A stretch of DNA of 64,000 bases from an uncultured Chloroflexia bacterium (GCA_963724295.1 CAVRUC010000005.1:1-64000); one strand, 5' to 3'. Positions 54,411 through 64,000 are shown, counted from the first letter of the stretch. Numbers and translations are program-made. Notes: a model not told the origin generated them from the sequence alone.

Positions 54411-56486
54411 TTAGAAATCTCTCCAACTGATCCCGGTACCCTCGGTCAGCTGACGGAGCAGCGCCTCAGGATCGTGCACCGGCGGCAGGCAGGCGAAGTG
54501 CTCGCAGACATAGGCCGTGGCGCGTCCATCCCGCGATGGACGATCTTGCAGGAACGGCAAGCGCGCCACAAGGTCGCTTCGATCCTGATCCACATACCCC
54601 GCGATGACGTTTGGTTCGAATTCGTCGTAAAGCACATTCAGCAAGGCTTGCAGCTCGGAGCTTTCGCGGTCCCCGGCCAGGGCGACCTCCTTGACCGGTC
54701 CCAGATAGAAATCGACCGCACCAAGATAACGACCAGCAGCCAGCGGGTGTTCACGCATCGTGCTGGCCATCGCTCGCAGCAGCTCGCTCGCGCGACCGGA
54801 ATAGTCCTCGTTACCGGTCATTGCGCCTAGTCGCAGGAGCACCTCCGCCGCGACCGAGTTGCCGGAAGGCGTCGCCCCGTCATGAAGATCTCGCGGTCGC
54901 GCCACGGGGGTCTCGTGGCTGGCACTCGTGTCGAAGAAACCGGCGCCGTCCGGGTCGGCGAACTCCGCCACCATCACGTCCGCGAGGCGCATCGCCTCAT
55001 CCAGCCATCGCGCGTCGAGCGTCGCCTGGTAGAGAGCGAGGAGACCGTCAATGAAGAAGGCATAGTCCTCGAGGAAGCCGCCAATGCGAGCGTCGCCGTC
55101 TTTCCAGCTGCGAAGAAGGCGGCCGTCCCGCTGGAGATGCTCGAGCACGAATTCGGCGTTCCTCTCGGCTACACCGCGAAAGTCGTCCCGATCGAGAATA
55201 CGTGAACCGTCGGCGAACGCTCGCAGCATGAGCCCGTTCCAGGAGGCTATGACTTTCTCATCCCGACCCGGTCGTTCTCGTTGCGCCCTGACTTCGAGCA
55301 ATCGCTGCCTGATGCGAACGAGCGATTCCATCAGTGCTTCTTCGCTGATTCCAAGGCGGTCGGCAACATCGGCGGCAGTGCGCGGGACGGCCAGGACCGT
55401 GCGCCCTTCGAAGTTGCCGGCAGGCTCCACGTTGAACCATCGCTTGGCGATCGCGGCATCCTCCTCGCCCAGCGCCTCGTCCAGCTCCTCGGCCGTCCAG
55501 GTGTAAAAGAGCCCTTCGTGTCCAGCGGTATCGGCATCGAGGGTGGCATAGAAACCACCGTTCGGATCGGTCAGCTCCCGCGCGACGAAGTCGAGCGTCT
55601 CTTCGGCCACCTTTCGGTACCGGTCTTCGCCATAGGCCTGGGTTCCGGCAAGGTACACCGAGGCGAGTTGGGCATTGTCGTAGAGCATCTTCTCGAAGTG
55701 GGGTACCAACCAGATGGCATCGACGGCATAGCGGTGAAAACCGCCGCCAATCTGATCGTAAATACCGCCGCTCGCCATGCGGTCGAGTGTGCGCTGCACC
55801 ATGATCGCTTCCCGCCCGCCACCGCCACGCTTATCCTGCCGTAGCAGGAATTCGATCGCGGCTGGCTGGGGAAACTTCGGGGCTCCCCCGAATCCACCAT
55901 TGCGGGAATCAAATGACTGGGCGAGTTGCTCGGAGGCCTCGGCCAGAAGCTCCGGGGTGAGGTCATCGGGTTTTGGCAGTTCTTTCGTTGCTCGCTGCAG
56001 AAGGCCGCGGATCTGCTGGGCGTTCTCTTCGACCTCCTCCCGGCGCTCCTTGAATGCGCTCGCCACCGCTTCCAGTACTTTCGGGAAGCCAGGCATCCCC
56101 ATCCGGTCATCAGGCGGGAAATAGGTCCCTCCGTAAAACGGCGTTCCATCCGGTGTGAGGAAGACGTTGAGCGGCCAGCCGCCGTGCCCGGTCATCGATT
56201 GCACCGCCGACATGTAGAGCGAATCGAGATCCGGGCGCTCCTCTCGGTCAACCTTGATGTTGACGAAGAGGTCATTCATCGTCGCCGCGATCTCCTCGTT
56301 CTCGAACGACTCGTGCTCCATCACGTGGCACCAGTGGCAGGCGGAGTAACCCACACTGACCAGGATCGGTTTGTCCTCTTCGCGGGCCTTGGCCAGCGCT
56401 TCGTCTCCCCACGGGTACCAGTCGACGGGATTCTCGGCATGCTGGAGCAGGTATGGACTCGTTTCGGAAGCCAGGCGATTGGGCAC
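54411..56486 (-). CDS. YyaL/SSP411 thioredoxin-domain protein
   Basis: [27 protein letters not shown] and [11 protein letters not shown]. Confidence 0.96.
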   Translation of the reverse strand: MPNRLASETSPYLLQHAENPVDWYPWGDEALAKAREEDKPILVSVGYSACHWCHVMEHESFENEEIAATMNDLFVNIKVDREERPDLDSLYMSAVQSMTGHGGWPLNVFLTPDGTPFYGGTYFPPDDRMGMPGFPKVLEAVASAFKERREEVEENAQQIRGLLQRATKELPKPDDLTPELLAEASEQLAQSFDSRNGGFGGAPKFPQPAAIEFLLRQDKRGGGGREAIMVQRTLDRMASGGIYDQIGGGFHRYAVDAIWLVPHFEKMLYDNAQLASVYLAGTQAYGEDRYRKVAEETLDFVARELTDPNGGFYATLDADTAGHEGLFYTWTAEELDEALGEEDAAIAKRWFNVEPAGNFEGRTVLAVPRTAADVADRLGISEEALMESLVRIRQRLLEVRAQRERPGRDEKVIASWNGLMLRAFADGSRILDRDDFRGVAERNAEFVLEHLQRDGRLLRSWKDGDARIGGFLEDYAFFIDGLLALYQATLDARWLDEAMRLADVMVAEFADPDGAGFFDTSASHETPVARPRDLHDGATPSGNSVAAEVLLRLGAMTGNEDYSGRASELLRAMASTMREHPLAAGRYLGAVDFYLGPVKEVALAGDRESSELQALLNVLYDEFEPNVIAGYVDQDRSDLVARLPFLQDRPSRDGRATAYVCEHFACLPPVHDPEALLRQLTEGTGISWRDF

Positions 56487-56591
56487 AGTGACTCGCTTTC
56501 TTCTGCACGCAGTTCATGGCCGGCGGCGGTACGTGCCCGTCCCCGAGCCCTCGCTACAATGGTGGCACAGGGCGACCACTGGAGGATGTAC

Positions 56592-57476
56592 GTGTCCGAT
56601 ATTTCCAACGCTGCACAAGACGACGCGCTCGCCGGGGCGAATCCCCTTGCCGAGGTGTGCATCGCCTTCGTCGGCGCCGGCGTGATGGCCGAATCGATGA
56701 TCGCGGGGCTCCTCAAAAAGGCACTGATTTCAGCGACCCAGGTAATCGCCAGTCATCCTCGGGAAGATCGGCTCCGGCGGCTCGAGGAGCGGTTCGGCAT
56801 CCGCACCACGGAAAGCAATATCGAGGCCGCGCTTGGCGCGGATCTGGTTGTCCTCACGATCAAGCCACAGGTGCTGCAGGCGGTGATGCGCCAGTTGTCA
56901 GGCTCGCTCTTACCGCAGCAGGTGGTGGTGTCCGTTATCGCCGGCGCGCCGATCGAAGTCCTGGTGGCCGGTCTCGGCCATCAAGCCGTCGCGCGGGTCA
57001 TGCCGAACACCCCGGCTCAGGTCGGCCAGGCGATGAGCGTCTGGAACACAACACCGGGCGTGACCGAAATGCAGCGGTTGCGGGTTCAGGCCGTGCTCAG
57101 CGCGCTCGGTGAGGAACTGTGGGTCGAGGAGGAGAAATACGTCGACATGGCCACGGCCCTTTCCGGGACGGGTCCGACATACGTCTTCCTGATGATGGAA
57201 GCGCTGATCGACGCCGGGGTGCATATGGGTTTCCCGCGTCGCATCGCCGAACAGATCGTCTTGCAAACAGTTTCGGGTTCGGTCGCCTTCGCGCGGGACT
57301 CTGGTAAGCACATGGCTGAGCTTCGGAACATGGTGACGTCACCAGGGGGCACCTCGGCCGAGGCGATCTATCAGATGGAGAAAGGTGGACTGCGCACCGT
57401 ATTGTCGCGGGCCGTTTATGCCGCCTATCAACGCACACAGGTGCTCGCCGGTCGCGAACGCCAGAATCTCGAGTAA
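56592..57476 (+). CDS. proC: Pyrroline-5-carboxylate reductase
   Basis: FVGAGVMA, IKPQ, RVMPNTP, ALSGTGP and VTSPGGT. GGAGG RBS. Confidence 0.95.
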   Translation: MSDISNAAQDDALAGANPLAEVCIAFVGAGVMAESMIAGLLKKALISATQVIASHPREDRLRRLEERFGIRTTESNIEAALGADLVVLTIKPQVLQAVMRQLSGSLLPQQVVVSVIAGAPIEVLVAGLGHQAVARVMPNTPAQVGQAMSVWNTTPGVTEMQRLRVQAVLSALGEELWVEEEKYVDMATALSGTGPTYVFLMMEALIDAGVHMGFPRRIAEQIVLQTVSGSVAFARDSGKHMAELRNMVTSPGGTSAEAIYQMEKGGLRTVLSRAVYAAYQRTQVLAGRERQNLE

Positions 57477-57480
57477 CCGA

Positions 57481-58392
57481 TCACCCCTCCCGAAAGGGGA
57501 GTCGGGTCGTCAATCCGTCGCGTCCAATTTCTGCCCCCGCAAAGATGCTGGTGGCATTCGCCGCGAACTCCGCCGGGTCTTCCAACGCCGGGCTGAAGTG
57601 GGTGATCCAGAGACCTCGTGCGCGGGCATCCCGGGCAAGTGTTGCCGCCTCCCGAAAAGTCATGTGCCGGTTGCGCACGGCTTTGGCGCCATCGTCGTCA
57701 CTCCCGTAGGTTCCTTCGCAGACCAGGAGATCCACCCCGCCCAGAAACCGCGCCAGCGGCGGCACCGGGCGGGTATCCGTGACATAGGCTACGGACAGCC
57801 CGGGACGTGGGGGCCCCAGCACCGCGTCAGCAGCCGCATGTCCACCATCCCACGACACGGGCTCGCCCGCCTGCAGCTGGCTCCAGAGTCCCAGCGGAAC
57901 GCCCAGCGCACGTGCTCGTTCGGGCAGGAAGGCCCTGCCACGAGCGAGATCAACGCGATAGGCAAGGACCGGCAACGCGTGGTCCCCTGGTTCGCAGCAC
58001 CCAGTAAGTCCGCCCGGCAGCGGGAAGCAATCGCCACCCTGCAACTCCGCAACTCGAACCTCGAACGGCAATACCGGGGCGATGACGCGCAGCGCCCGCA
58101 CGACGTCGCCGGCGCCGCCAGGCCCGAAAACGTCGAGAGGCTCCGTTCGACCCGCGTTAGCGACCGCATGCAGCAGTCCCGGCAACCCCGCAATATGGTC
58201 AGCGTGCGTGTGGGAGATGCAGATAGCCCCGAGGCGCCGGAATCCCCAACCTGATTCCCGCCAGGCGACCTGAGTGCCCTCGCCGCAATCGAAGAGTGTC
58301 AGATACCCATTGACCCGAACGAGAAGACTGGAGAGCCAGCGACCAGGCAACGGCATCATTCCACCAGTCCCCAGCAAGACGGCTTCAATCAT
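57481..58392 (-). CDS. rnz: Ribonuclease Z
   Basis: LGTGG..P...R, DCGEGTQ, SHTHADH, TDT, CEGTY, HMT and THFS. Confidence 0.92.
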   Translation of the reverse strand: MIEAVLLGTGGMMPLPGRWLSSLLVRVNGYLTLFDCGEGTQVAWRESGWGFRRLGAICISHTHADHIAGLPGLLHAVANAGRTEPLDVFGPGGAGDVVRALRVIAPVLPFEVRVAELQGGDCFPLPGGLTGCCEPGDHALPVLAYRVDLARGRAFLPERARALGVPLGLWSQLQAGEPVSWDGGHAAADAVLGPPRPGLSVAYVTDTRPVPPLARFLGGVDLLVCEGTYGSDDDGAKAVRNRHMTFREAATLARDARARGLWITHFSPALEDPAEFAANATSIFAGAEIGRDGLTTRLPFREG

Positions 58393-58537
58393 TCAGGGCG
58401 CCCGTGCACGTCTGGAGTCAACACGATGCAAGCATAGCGACCGCGGAATTCACGCTCTCGCCGGGTGATCGTGGGTTGCCCGGACGCGCGCGTAATCGGT
58501 AAACTACCTGTGCCTCGCTCGCAAGAGATCGGCCTCC

Positions 58538-58996
58538 ATGCAGCGCCTCGTTGCCCAACCGCCGACAACGTTTCGGATCGTCCTGCCGCTACCGCCCGGA
58601 GTGAATAATCAGTACGTCAGCGTTGGCCGGCGGAGGGTTCTCAGCGCGCCAGCAAAAACGTTCAATCGCGACGTCGCCAAATTGATCGCGGCGCAGCGAA
58701 CCAGCGGTCAGCTGTCGACGGCGATTGAGCAGGCGCTGGCGAACTCGCTGCTCGGTGTGTACCTCGTGTATTTTTTTCAGACGCCGCACCGGAGGGATCT
58801 CGACGGCGGCCTCAAGATTTGCCTGGATGCCCTGGCGCGGACAATCGGTTTCGACGACCGAGCGGTCGTCGATCTCCATCTTTCGAAAAAGATCGACCCG
58901 CTTCGTCCGAGAGTCGAAATCGACATCGAGACGATCTCGGCATGGGAGTTCGATCAGACGTATCTCTACCTCGGTCACGAGTCCCCGGACGCCTGA
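58538..58996 (+). CDS. rusA: RusA-family Holliday junction resolvase
   Basis: LPLPPGVNN, RRDLDGGLK...DAL....FDDRAV. Confidence 0.85.
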   Translation: MQRLVAQPPTTFRIVLPLPPGVNNQYVSVGRRRVLSAPAKTFNRDVAKLIAAQRTSGQLSTAIEQALANSLLGVYLVYFFQTPHRRDLDGGLKICLDALARTIGFDDRAVVDLHLSKKIDPLRPRVEIDIETISAWEFDQTYLYLGHESPDA

Positions 58997-59044
58997 CCCA
59001 GCCGAGTTGCGTTGGAGAGACGCGAATAACACTTAGGAGCGTGG

Positions 59045-60637
59045 ATGAAGGTTTCAGCACTTCCAACGGTCGCCCCAACCGGGGAGAACGGAACCACCGG
59101 CCATGGCTTCGACACGGTCGTTGTGCTCGATTTCGGCAGCCAGTACAGCCAGCTGATTGCGCGGCGTATTCGCGAGGCGGGCGTCTACAGCATCCTCCTG
59201 CCGTGGGACACGAGTTGGGAGGAGATCGCGCGCCTGCAGCCGAAAGGCATCATCCTCTCCGGTGGCCCGGCAAGTGTCTATGACGAGGGAGCCCCCTCAT
59301 TGCCCGCCTGGGTTCTGCGCGAAGAGGTTCCCGTACTCGGCATCTGCTATGGCATGCAGTTAATTGCGAACGCTCTCGACGGTGGTGTCGAGCCGGCGGC
59401 CCGCCGCGAATATGGCCCGGCGAAAATCGAGGTGACACAGCCATCCCCCCTCTTCAGGGATCTGCCCGCATCACTTGACGTCTGGATGAGCCACGGCGAC
59501 CACGTCACGCGCCTGCCAACCGGCTATGTTGGGATTGCAAGCTCGAGCAACGCTCCAATTGCCGGGATGACCGACGGCCGGCGCTACGGCATCCAATTCC
59601 ACCCCGAAGTCGCGCACACTCCGCTCGGCCGCGACTTGTTGCGCAATTTCCTGATCGACGTCTGCCATTGCCGGGCCGAGTGGACCGCCGAGCACTTCAT
59701 CGATAACGCCATTGAGCAGATCCGGGAGACGGTCGGCGCTGGCCGGGTGCTTCTCGGGCTCAGTGGTGGTGTCGATTCGTCGGTAGCGGCCGCCCTCATC
59801 CACCGCGCGATCGGGGAGCGCTTGACCCCGGTCTTTGTCGACAACGGCCTCTTGCGCCTCGGCGAGGCCGACCTGGTACGCGATGTCTTCGGTCGCGCGT
59901 TTGGCATGAATCTGGTCTTTGTCGATGCCAGCGAGCGATTTCTCAACCGACTCGAGGGCGTCGCCGATCCTGAGGAGAAACGAAGGATCGTCGGCGACGA
60001 GTTCATTCGGACCTTCGAGGCGCAGGCGGATCTCCACGGACCGTTCGATTTTCTGGCCCAGGGCACACTCTATCCCGATGTTATCGAAAGCACCGCGCCG
60101 GACACCAAATCGGCGATGAAGATCAAGACTCACCACAACGTCGGCGGTCTCCCCACCGACCTCACGTTTTCCCTCGTGGAGCCTCTTCGCTATCTCTTCA
60201 AGGACGAAGTGCGCGAGGTCGGTCGCGCGCTCGGACTGCCCGCGGAAATCGTCGATCGCCAACCCTTCCCGGGGCCTGGTCTGGCGGTGCGCATCATTGG
60301 CGACGTCACGAGGGACGATCTCGATCTGCTACGTCGCGCGGATGCCGTGGTGCGCGAAGAGGTCGACGCGTTAGGAGACGACCCGCGGGTCTGGCAGTAC
60401 TTCGCGGTCCTCTTGCCGGTTCGCACTGTCGGGGTGATGGGAGACTACCGAACGTACGGTCGCGTTTGCGCGGTCAGGGCGGTCACCTCGGAGGACGCTA
60501 TGACCGCCGATTGGGCACGCCTCCCCTATGACGCCTTGGCTCGCATCAGCAACCGCATCGTCAACGAGGTACACGGCATTACCCGGGTCGTCTATGACAT
60601 CTCATCCAAGCCACCCGCAACGATCGAGTGGGAATAG
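59045..60637 (+). CDS. guaA: GMP synthase (glutamine-hydrolysing)
   Basis: [35 protein letters not shown] and KPPATIEWE. Confidence 0.99.
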   Translation: MKVSALPTVAPTGENGTTGHGFDTVVVLDFGSQYSQLIARRIREAGVYSILLPWDTSWEEIARLQPKGIILSGGPASVYDEGAPSLPAWVLREEVPVLGICYGMQLIANALDGGVEPAARREYGPAKIEVTQPSPLFRDLPASLDVWMSHGDHVTRLPTGYVGIASSSNAPIAGMTDGRRYGIQFHPEVAHTPLGRDLLRNFLIDVCHCRAEWTAEHFIDNAIEQIRETVGAGRVLLGLSGGVDSSVAAALIHRAIGERLTPVFVDNGLLRLGEADLVRDVFGRAFGMNLVFVDASERFLNRLEGVADPEEKRRIVGDEFIRTFEAQADLHGPFDFLAQGTLYPDVIESTAPDTKSAMKIKTHHNVGGLPTDLTFSLVEPLRYLFKDEVREVGRALGLPAEIVDRQPFPGPGLAVRIIGDVTRDDLDLLRRADAVVREEVDALGDDPRVWQYFAVLLPVRTVGVMGDYRTYGRVCAVRAVTSEDAMTADWARLPYDALARISNRIVNEVHGITRVVYDISSKPPATIEWE

Positions 60638-60763
60638 GCGCCTGCTGCTCGCGGCTGGTTGGACCGCTACTGGTACCATGATGTCTGTGATTCGACCGGG
60701 GCGACATTAAACCGATTAGCCCGACAATCGTGAGCCGCCGGCCTCGGAGTAAAGAGGATTTTG

Positions 60764-61318
60764 ATGACGGATACTGCGCCACAGGTCACCGTTTACACCA
60801 CCAACACCTGACCATGGTGTGATAGAGCTAAGGAGTTCCTTAGCCGAAACAAGGTTCCCTTCGTCGAGAAGGACGTCGCCAAGGACTACCAGGCGGCGAT
60901 GGAGATGATTCGCGTCAGCGGCCAGCAAGGCGTGCCGGTCACCGTCGCCAATGGCGATGTCATCCTGGGATTCGACCAGCGGAAATTCGCGAAGCTGGCA
61001 GAAAAGTTTGCCGGACCGAAACGCCCACCTCTCGGTATCCTGGCCGCGGACGCGGAAGAGTACCTGGCCAAACATCCGGAGAAGGCAGAGAAGGTTCCCG
61101 CCGGGACCAAGGGCGTCTATGTCGGCAAAGTCCGACCAAAGACCGTGGCGGCGGGCGGCGGTCTCAAGCCGGGAGACATCATCACCAGCTTCGCGGGGAA
61201 ACGGGTGCGGACCATGACCGCGCTCGACCAGATGGTGGAAACCCTCAAGCCCGGGGATCAAGCGACCGCCAAGTACATCCGGGACGGAGAGAATCAGTCG
61301 ATCGTTCTCCAATTCTAG
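60764..61318 (+). CDS. Probable selenoprotein: glutaredoxin/NrdH(YruB)-like domain with a UxxC motif fused to a PDZ domain (184 aa, Sec at codon 16)
   Basis: RBS AAGAGGA, then MTDTAPQVTVYTTNT-TGA(60809-60811)-PWCDRAKEFLSRNKVPFVEKDV, in frame with ORF 60899..61318 (SGQQGVPV..ILGFD, then PDZ LGI..GVYVGKV..GLKPGDII..G..V..RDG). Confidence 0.9.
60827..60844 (+). promoter_or_regulatory. Candidate bacterial SECIS stem-loop
   Basis: GCTAAGG-AGTT-CCTTAGC: a perfect 7-bp stem with a 4-nt loop containing GU. The loop starts 22 nt after the UGA. Confidence 0.8.
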
Positions 61319-61372
61319 CCGTGCTTCCAGACAGTCGCCCCTGGCTCAATTGCGGCTCGGAGCTGGGCTGAA

Positions 61373-61843
61373 ATGGAGTCCCTGAGCGAACTCGAAGCTA
61401 TCCAGCGAATGGCGCTGGCCATGGTGGTCGGTGCCATTCTGGGGATCGAGCGCGAACGTCTCGACCGGCCGGCCGGTTTGCGCACCTACATGCTGGTGGT
61501 CGAAGGCGCGTGCCTGTTCATGATCTGCGCCATCTTGCTCTCCGAGCAAGTTGCCAGGGCCGGAGGAATCTCGGATCCCAGTCGCATCGCGTCGACCGTC
61601 GTGCAGGGCATCGGATTCATCGCCGCTGGTGTGATTCTCACTACTGGCAAACAAGTGATCGGACTGACGACTGCTGCCGGTCTCTGGGTGGCGACAGCGC
61701 TGGGGCTTTTGATTGGCGCGGGATTCTATAGCGTCGCCGTCGTTGCCACCGTGGCAACCTTGGTTGCCCTCGTTCTGCTAAGACGCGTCGAGCTCCGTTT
61801 TCTCGGCAGCAAGTCAGGCGGCGACGAAGATTCGTCAGAGTAA
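61373..61843 (+). CDS. MgtC/SapB-family membrane protein
   Basis: GIERE...PAGLRTY, DPSRIAS.VV.GIGFI.AG and GLTTAAGLW. Confidence 0.93.
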   Translation: MESLSELEAIQRMALAMVVGAILGIERERLDRPAGLRTYMLVVEGACLFMICAILLSEQVARAGGISDPSRIASTVVQGIGFIAAGVILTTGKQVIGLTTAAGLWVATALGLLIGAGFYSVAVVATVATLVALVLLRRVELRFLGSKSGGDEDSSE

Positions 61844-61866
61844 CGCTGTAGGCACGGAGCTCGCAG

Positions 61867-62523
61867 TTAGCGCTCTAGCCAGTCTTCTTCGAGGGCCCGC
61901 AGTCGATCCGGATCGAGCTTTGGAGTCTCATAGTCGCCCGCGGCGGTTCTCTGCCGAAATGCCTCATAGAGGCAGACGGCGCAGGCAACAGAGACGTTCA
62001 AGCTCTGCACCATGCCGGCCATCGGGATCTGAATTGCCCCGTCGGCCAGGTTTCTAGCCTCCGCGGACACTCCTCGCATCTCGTTGCCCAGTACCAACGC
62101 AATTGGCTGTCTGAGATCCCAGTCGTAGAGGGGACGAGATTCAGGCCCGATGCTCGTGACCAGGATGGAGAATCCTTCCTCCCTCAGAAGCCGGTAACAC
62201 TCGGCAAGCGAGCCATGTCTCTCGACCTCCACCCATTTCGCGGCACTTGCCGAGGTTTGGCGTGCAAACGCGCCTGGTGGTGGCTCTTCAATGCTGTAGA
62301 CGGCGTGCGCGCGCAGCACACCAACGCCATCACAAGAGCGGAGAATGGCGCTCACGTTGTGCGGGTCGTGGACGTTCTCGAGCACGACTGTCAGGTCCGG
62401 CTGCCGTCGCGCGAGGACGGACCGGATGCGCGCCTGCCGTCTCTCTGTTCGCGGCCATCGGTCATGCTTCAGCGGCTGGCTCCTGGATAGTGCTTGCCGG
62501 TCAGCGGCTTCAGGCGCGGTCAC
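61867..62523 (-). CDS. trmH: TrmH/SpoU-family tRNA 2'-O-methyltransferase
   Basis: VVLENVHDPHNVSAILRSC, LGNEMRG and IPMAGMVQSLNVSVA. The GTG start overlaps the upstream stop. Confidence 0.92.
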   Translation of the reverse strand: MTAPEAADRQALSRSQPLKHDRWPRTERRQARIRSVLARRQPDLTVVLENVHDPHNVSAILRSCDGVGVLRAHAVYSIEEPPPGAFARQTSASAAKWVEVERHGSLAECYRLLREEGFSILVTSIGPESRPLYDWDLRQPIALVLGNEMRGVSAEARNLADGAIQIPMAGMVQSLNVSVACAVCLYEAFRQRTAAGDYETPKLDPDRLRALEEDWLER

Positions 62524-62795
62524 TTGCCCTTGGCCTTGCGCGCGCGGCGCGGCGAATCCGCTCGCGCCCCCAGGCGGCCACCGGTGATCACGATTCGCCA
62601 AAAGTTTCCAGGCAGGTCCATCTGGCAGGGTAGCCATTCGTCGGTATAGCCGGTCTTGCGAAGCGATTCGATCTCTTCCCCGCCAGCTACCCCTTTGTCA
62701 TACCGATGCTCTTCGCCACACAAGGGGCACCGGGCAACGACGAAAACCCGACCCTTGTCCGTCCTGATCTGTCCCCGCCCCCGCGAGAGACTCAT
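62520..62795 (-). CDS. Small putative zinc-binding protein
   Basis: 91 aa with CPLC..EH and a distal PC. Its stop overlaps the trmH start. Confidence 0.7.
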   Translation of the reverse strand: MSLSRGRGQIRTDKGRVFVVARCPLCGEEHRYDKGVAGGEEIESLRKTGYTDEWLPCQMDLPGNFWRIVITGGRLGARADSPRRARKAKGK

Positions 62796-63254
62796 GGCAA
62801 CCCCCGCCGCACAGTGGCCGGCTTCCTGACGTCGGCAAGACTACGAAGCCGACGCGATGAGGACAAGCTTGACGCTTCTAAGTGGACACGATCATCTTTG
62901 ATTCCTTTGGTTGTGGGTCTTCCATGCGCGGTGCGAGACAGTGTGGAGAGACCATCTCAGCGACGTTTTGGTCCTCGCCCTCCGGCAACGCGTACGTACG
63001 CGGCTCATTCGACCCCCAACGGTCCGAAGTCGTGATAGACTTCGGGCGTCCTCCCGCGGTGCAAATGTGCGGGCGAGGAAACGCTCCGGACGCCCCGTTC
63101 GTTTGCAGCCATGGACAGGTCTAATCGCCGGTCACACGTAGATGGCAGCTGACACGCTTCGTCGGCCGCGATGTCGCAAGGAACCGGGTAGAGGGAAGAT
63201 GCCGTGCTAAGTCGTCGGCCACAGAAAGCGGATGTTCTCAGGTCAGGATCCGAG

Positions 63255-63968
63255 ATGCGCTTCCGAACTGGACGGCTGCTGGCCGCGCTCGGTCTCACTG
63301 CTTTCTCTTCAGAGGTAGCCGAAGCGGCGCGAAAAAGCGGCAGGCGCAATGACGATGCTCGGGGCAATTCTGACGATCATGCGGAAAAGACCCCGGACGA
63401 ACAAGAGTCCAACGGCAAGAACGACTCCAAAGACGGCGCTGAAAATAAAGACGCGGAAAGTGAGTCCGGGAAGCAGGACAGGAAGCAGGAACGGACCTCG
63501 AACGAGGAAAGCAACGACCAGAACGGCTCTAATGGAGCCAAGGATCGCGGCGAGTCATCGCGGCGAAATGGCGACTCAGATTCGGCCTCGCGTGGGGACT
63601 CTTCGGCGGACGATTCTCCGCAGGGCGACCGGTCCGTCCGGGAACTCGCGCAGAAGAAGGCAGACGAGCCACTGGACGATGTGCCCGACGCACCCAGTAC
63701 ACCGGCAAACCCGAATGTAGTGGTTGACGACATCCCAGATACGTCGATCAACGACCTGGTCGTGCAAGGAAACGAGGACGTCATTGCGACTGTCAGCACC
63801 AGTGGCGGCTTCGCGTTCGCTCGGTCTGGAGACGTCGTAGCGGTCACCGGCCCCGACGGCGCAAGCATTATTCAGACCGGCGATGTGACCACGGGCACGA
63901 ACGGCACAGCCCCAGCGGATCCGCCCGCGGACGGCGGGAACAACAATGACGTCGACTTCGCAAGCTGA
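63255..63968 (+). CDS. Secreted low-complexity (D/E/K/S-rich) hypothetical protein
   Basis: Signal-like N-terminus, long charged disordered region and a short beta-rich C-terminal segment. Confidence 0.7.
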   Translation: MRFRTGRLLAALGLTAFSSEVAEAARKSGRRNDDARGNSDDHAEKTPDEQESNGKNDSKDGAENKDAESESGKQDRKQERTSNEESNDQNGSNGAKDRGESSRRNGDSDSASRGDSSADDSPQGDRSVRELAQKKADEPLDDVPDAPSTPANPNVVVDDIPDTSINDLVVQGNEDVIATVSTSGGFAFARSGDVVAVTGPDGASIIQTGDVTTGTNGTAPADPPADGGNNNDVDFAS

Positions 63969-64000
63969 AGCGCGTCACCTACACCGGCCGATAGTCACTG

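Noticed and set aside
60600..60760. Integrative element at the guaA 3' end (a known hotspot)
   Set aside because: No adjacent integrase, and I saw no duplicated guaA 3' sequence in the window.
60899..61318. 139-aa ORF-track call starting at MEMIRV as a stand-alone PDZ protein
   Set aside because: It starts mid-redoxin domain without a good RBS. The upstream in-frame ATG, RBS and UxxC motif explain the gene better.
62882..63141. Short ORFs (80 and 76 aa) between the zinc protein and the secreted protein
   Set aside because: No convincing RBS, motif or family resemblance.

Overview
High-GC bacterial chromosomal segment. The gene repertoire (clpC-radA, four-domain S1, long Tat-like leaders on ABC substrate-binding proteins, SCO1664-family kinase) suggests Chloroflexota, probably Thermomicrobiales; this is inference. 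From about 4.7 kb onward it is mostly housekeeping and metabolic: radA, clpC, rpsA, trpS, moeZ, cdd, nagB, a Xer-like recombinase, three ABC importer clusters, Ppx/CHAD, two amidases, proC, rnz, rusA, guaA, mgtC and trmH. The first ~4.6 kb is a mosaic of gene fragments and a ~425-bp tandem duplication that looks foreign or chimeric. Clusters of single-base frameshifts (0-4 kb, 15.8-23 kb, 32-33.7 kb) look like long-read consensus errors. The most notable signal is missed by the ORF track: 60764..61318 encodes a glutaredoxin/NrdH-like domain fused to a PDZ domain, with an in-frame TGA at the first position of the redox motif (U-P-W-C), followed by a hairpin that fits a bacterial SECIS. It is probably a selenoprotein redoxin-PDZ fusion. 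Other notable items are a CHAD domain split across two coupled genes (N-half fused to Ppx), a stand-alone AEP primase-polymerase overlapping cdd, and a large uncharacterised protein with nucleosidase-like motifs. No rRNA, tRNA or CRISPR array was recognised.
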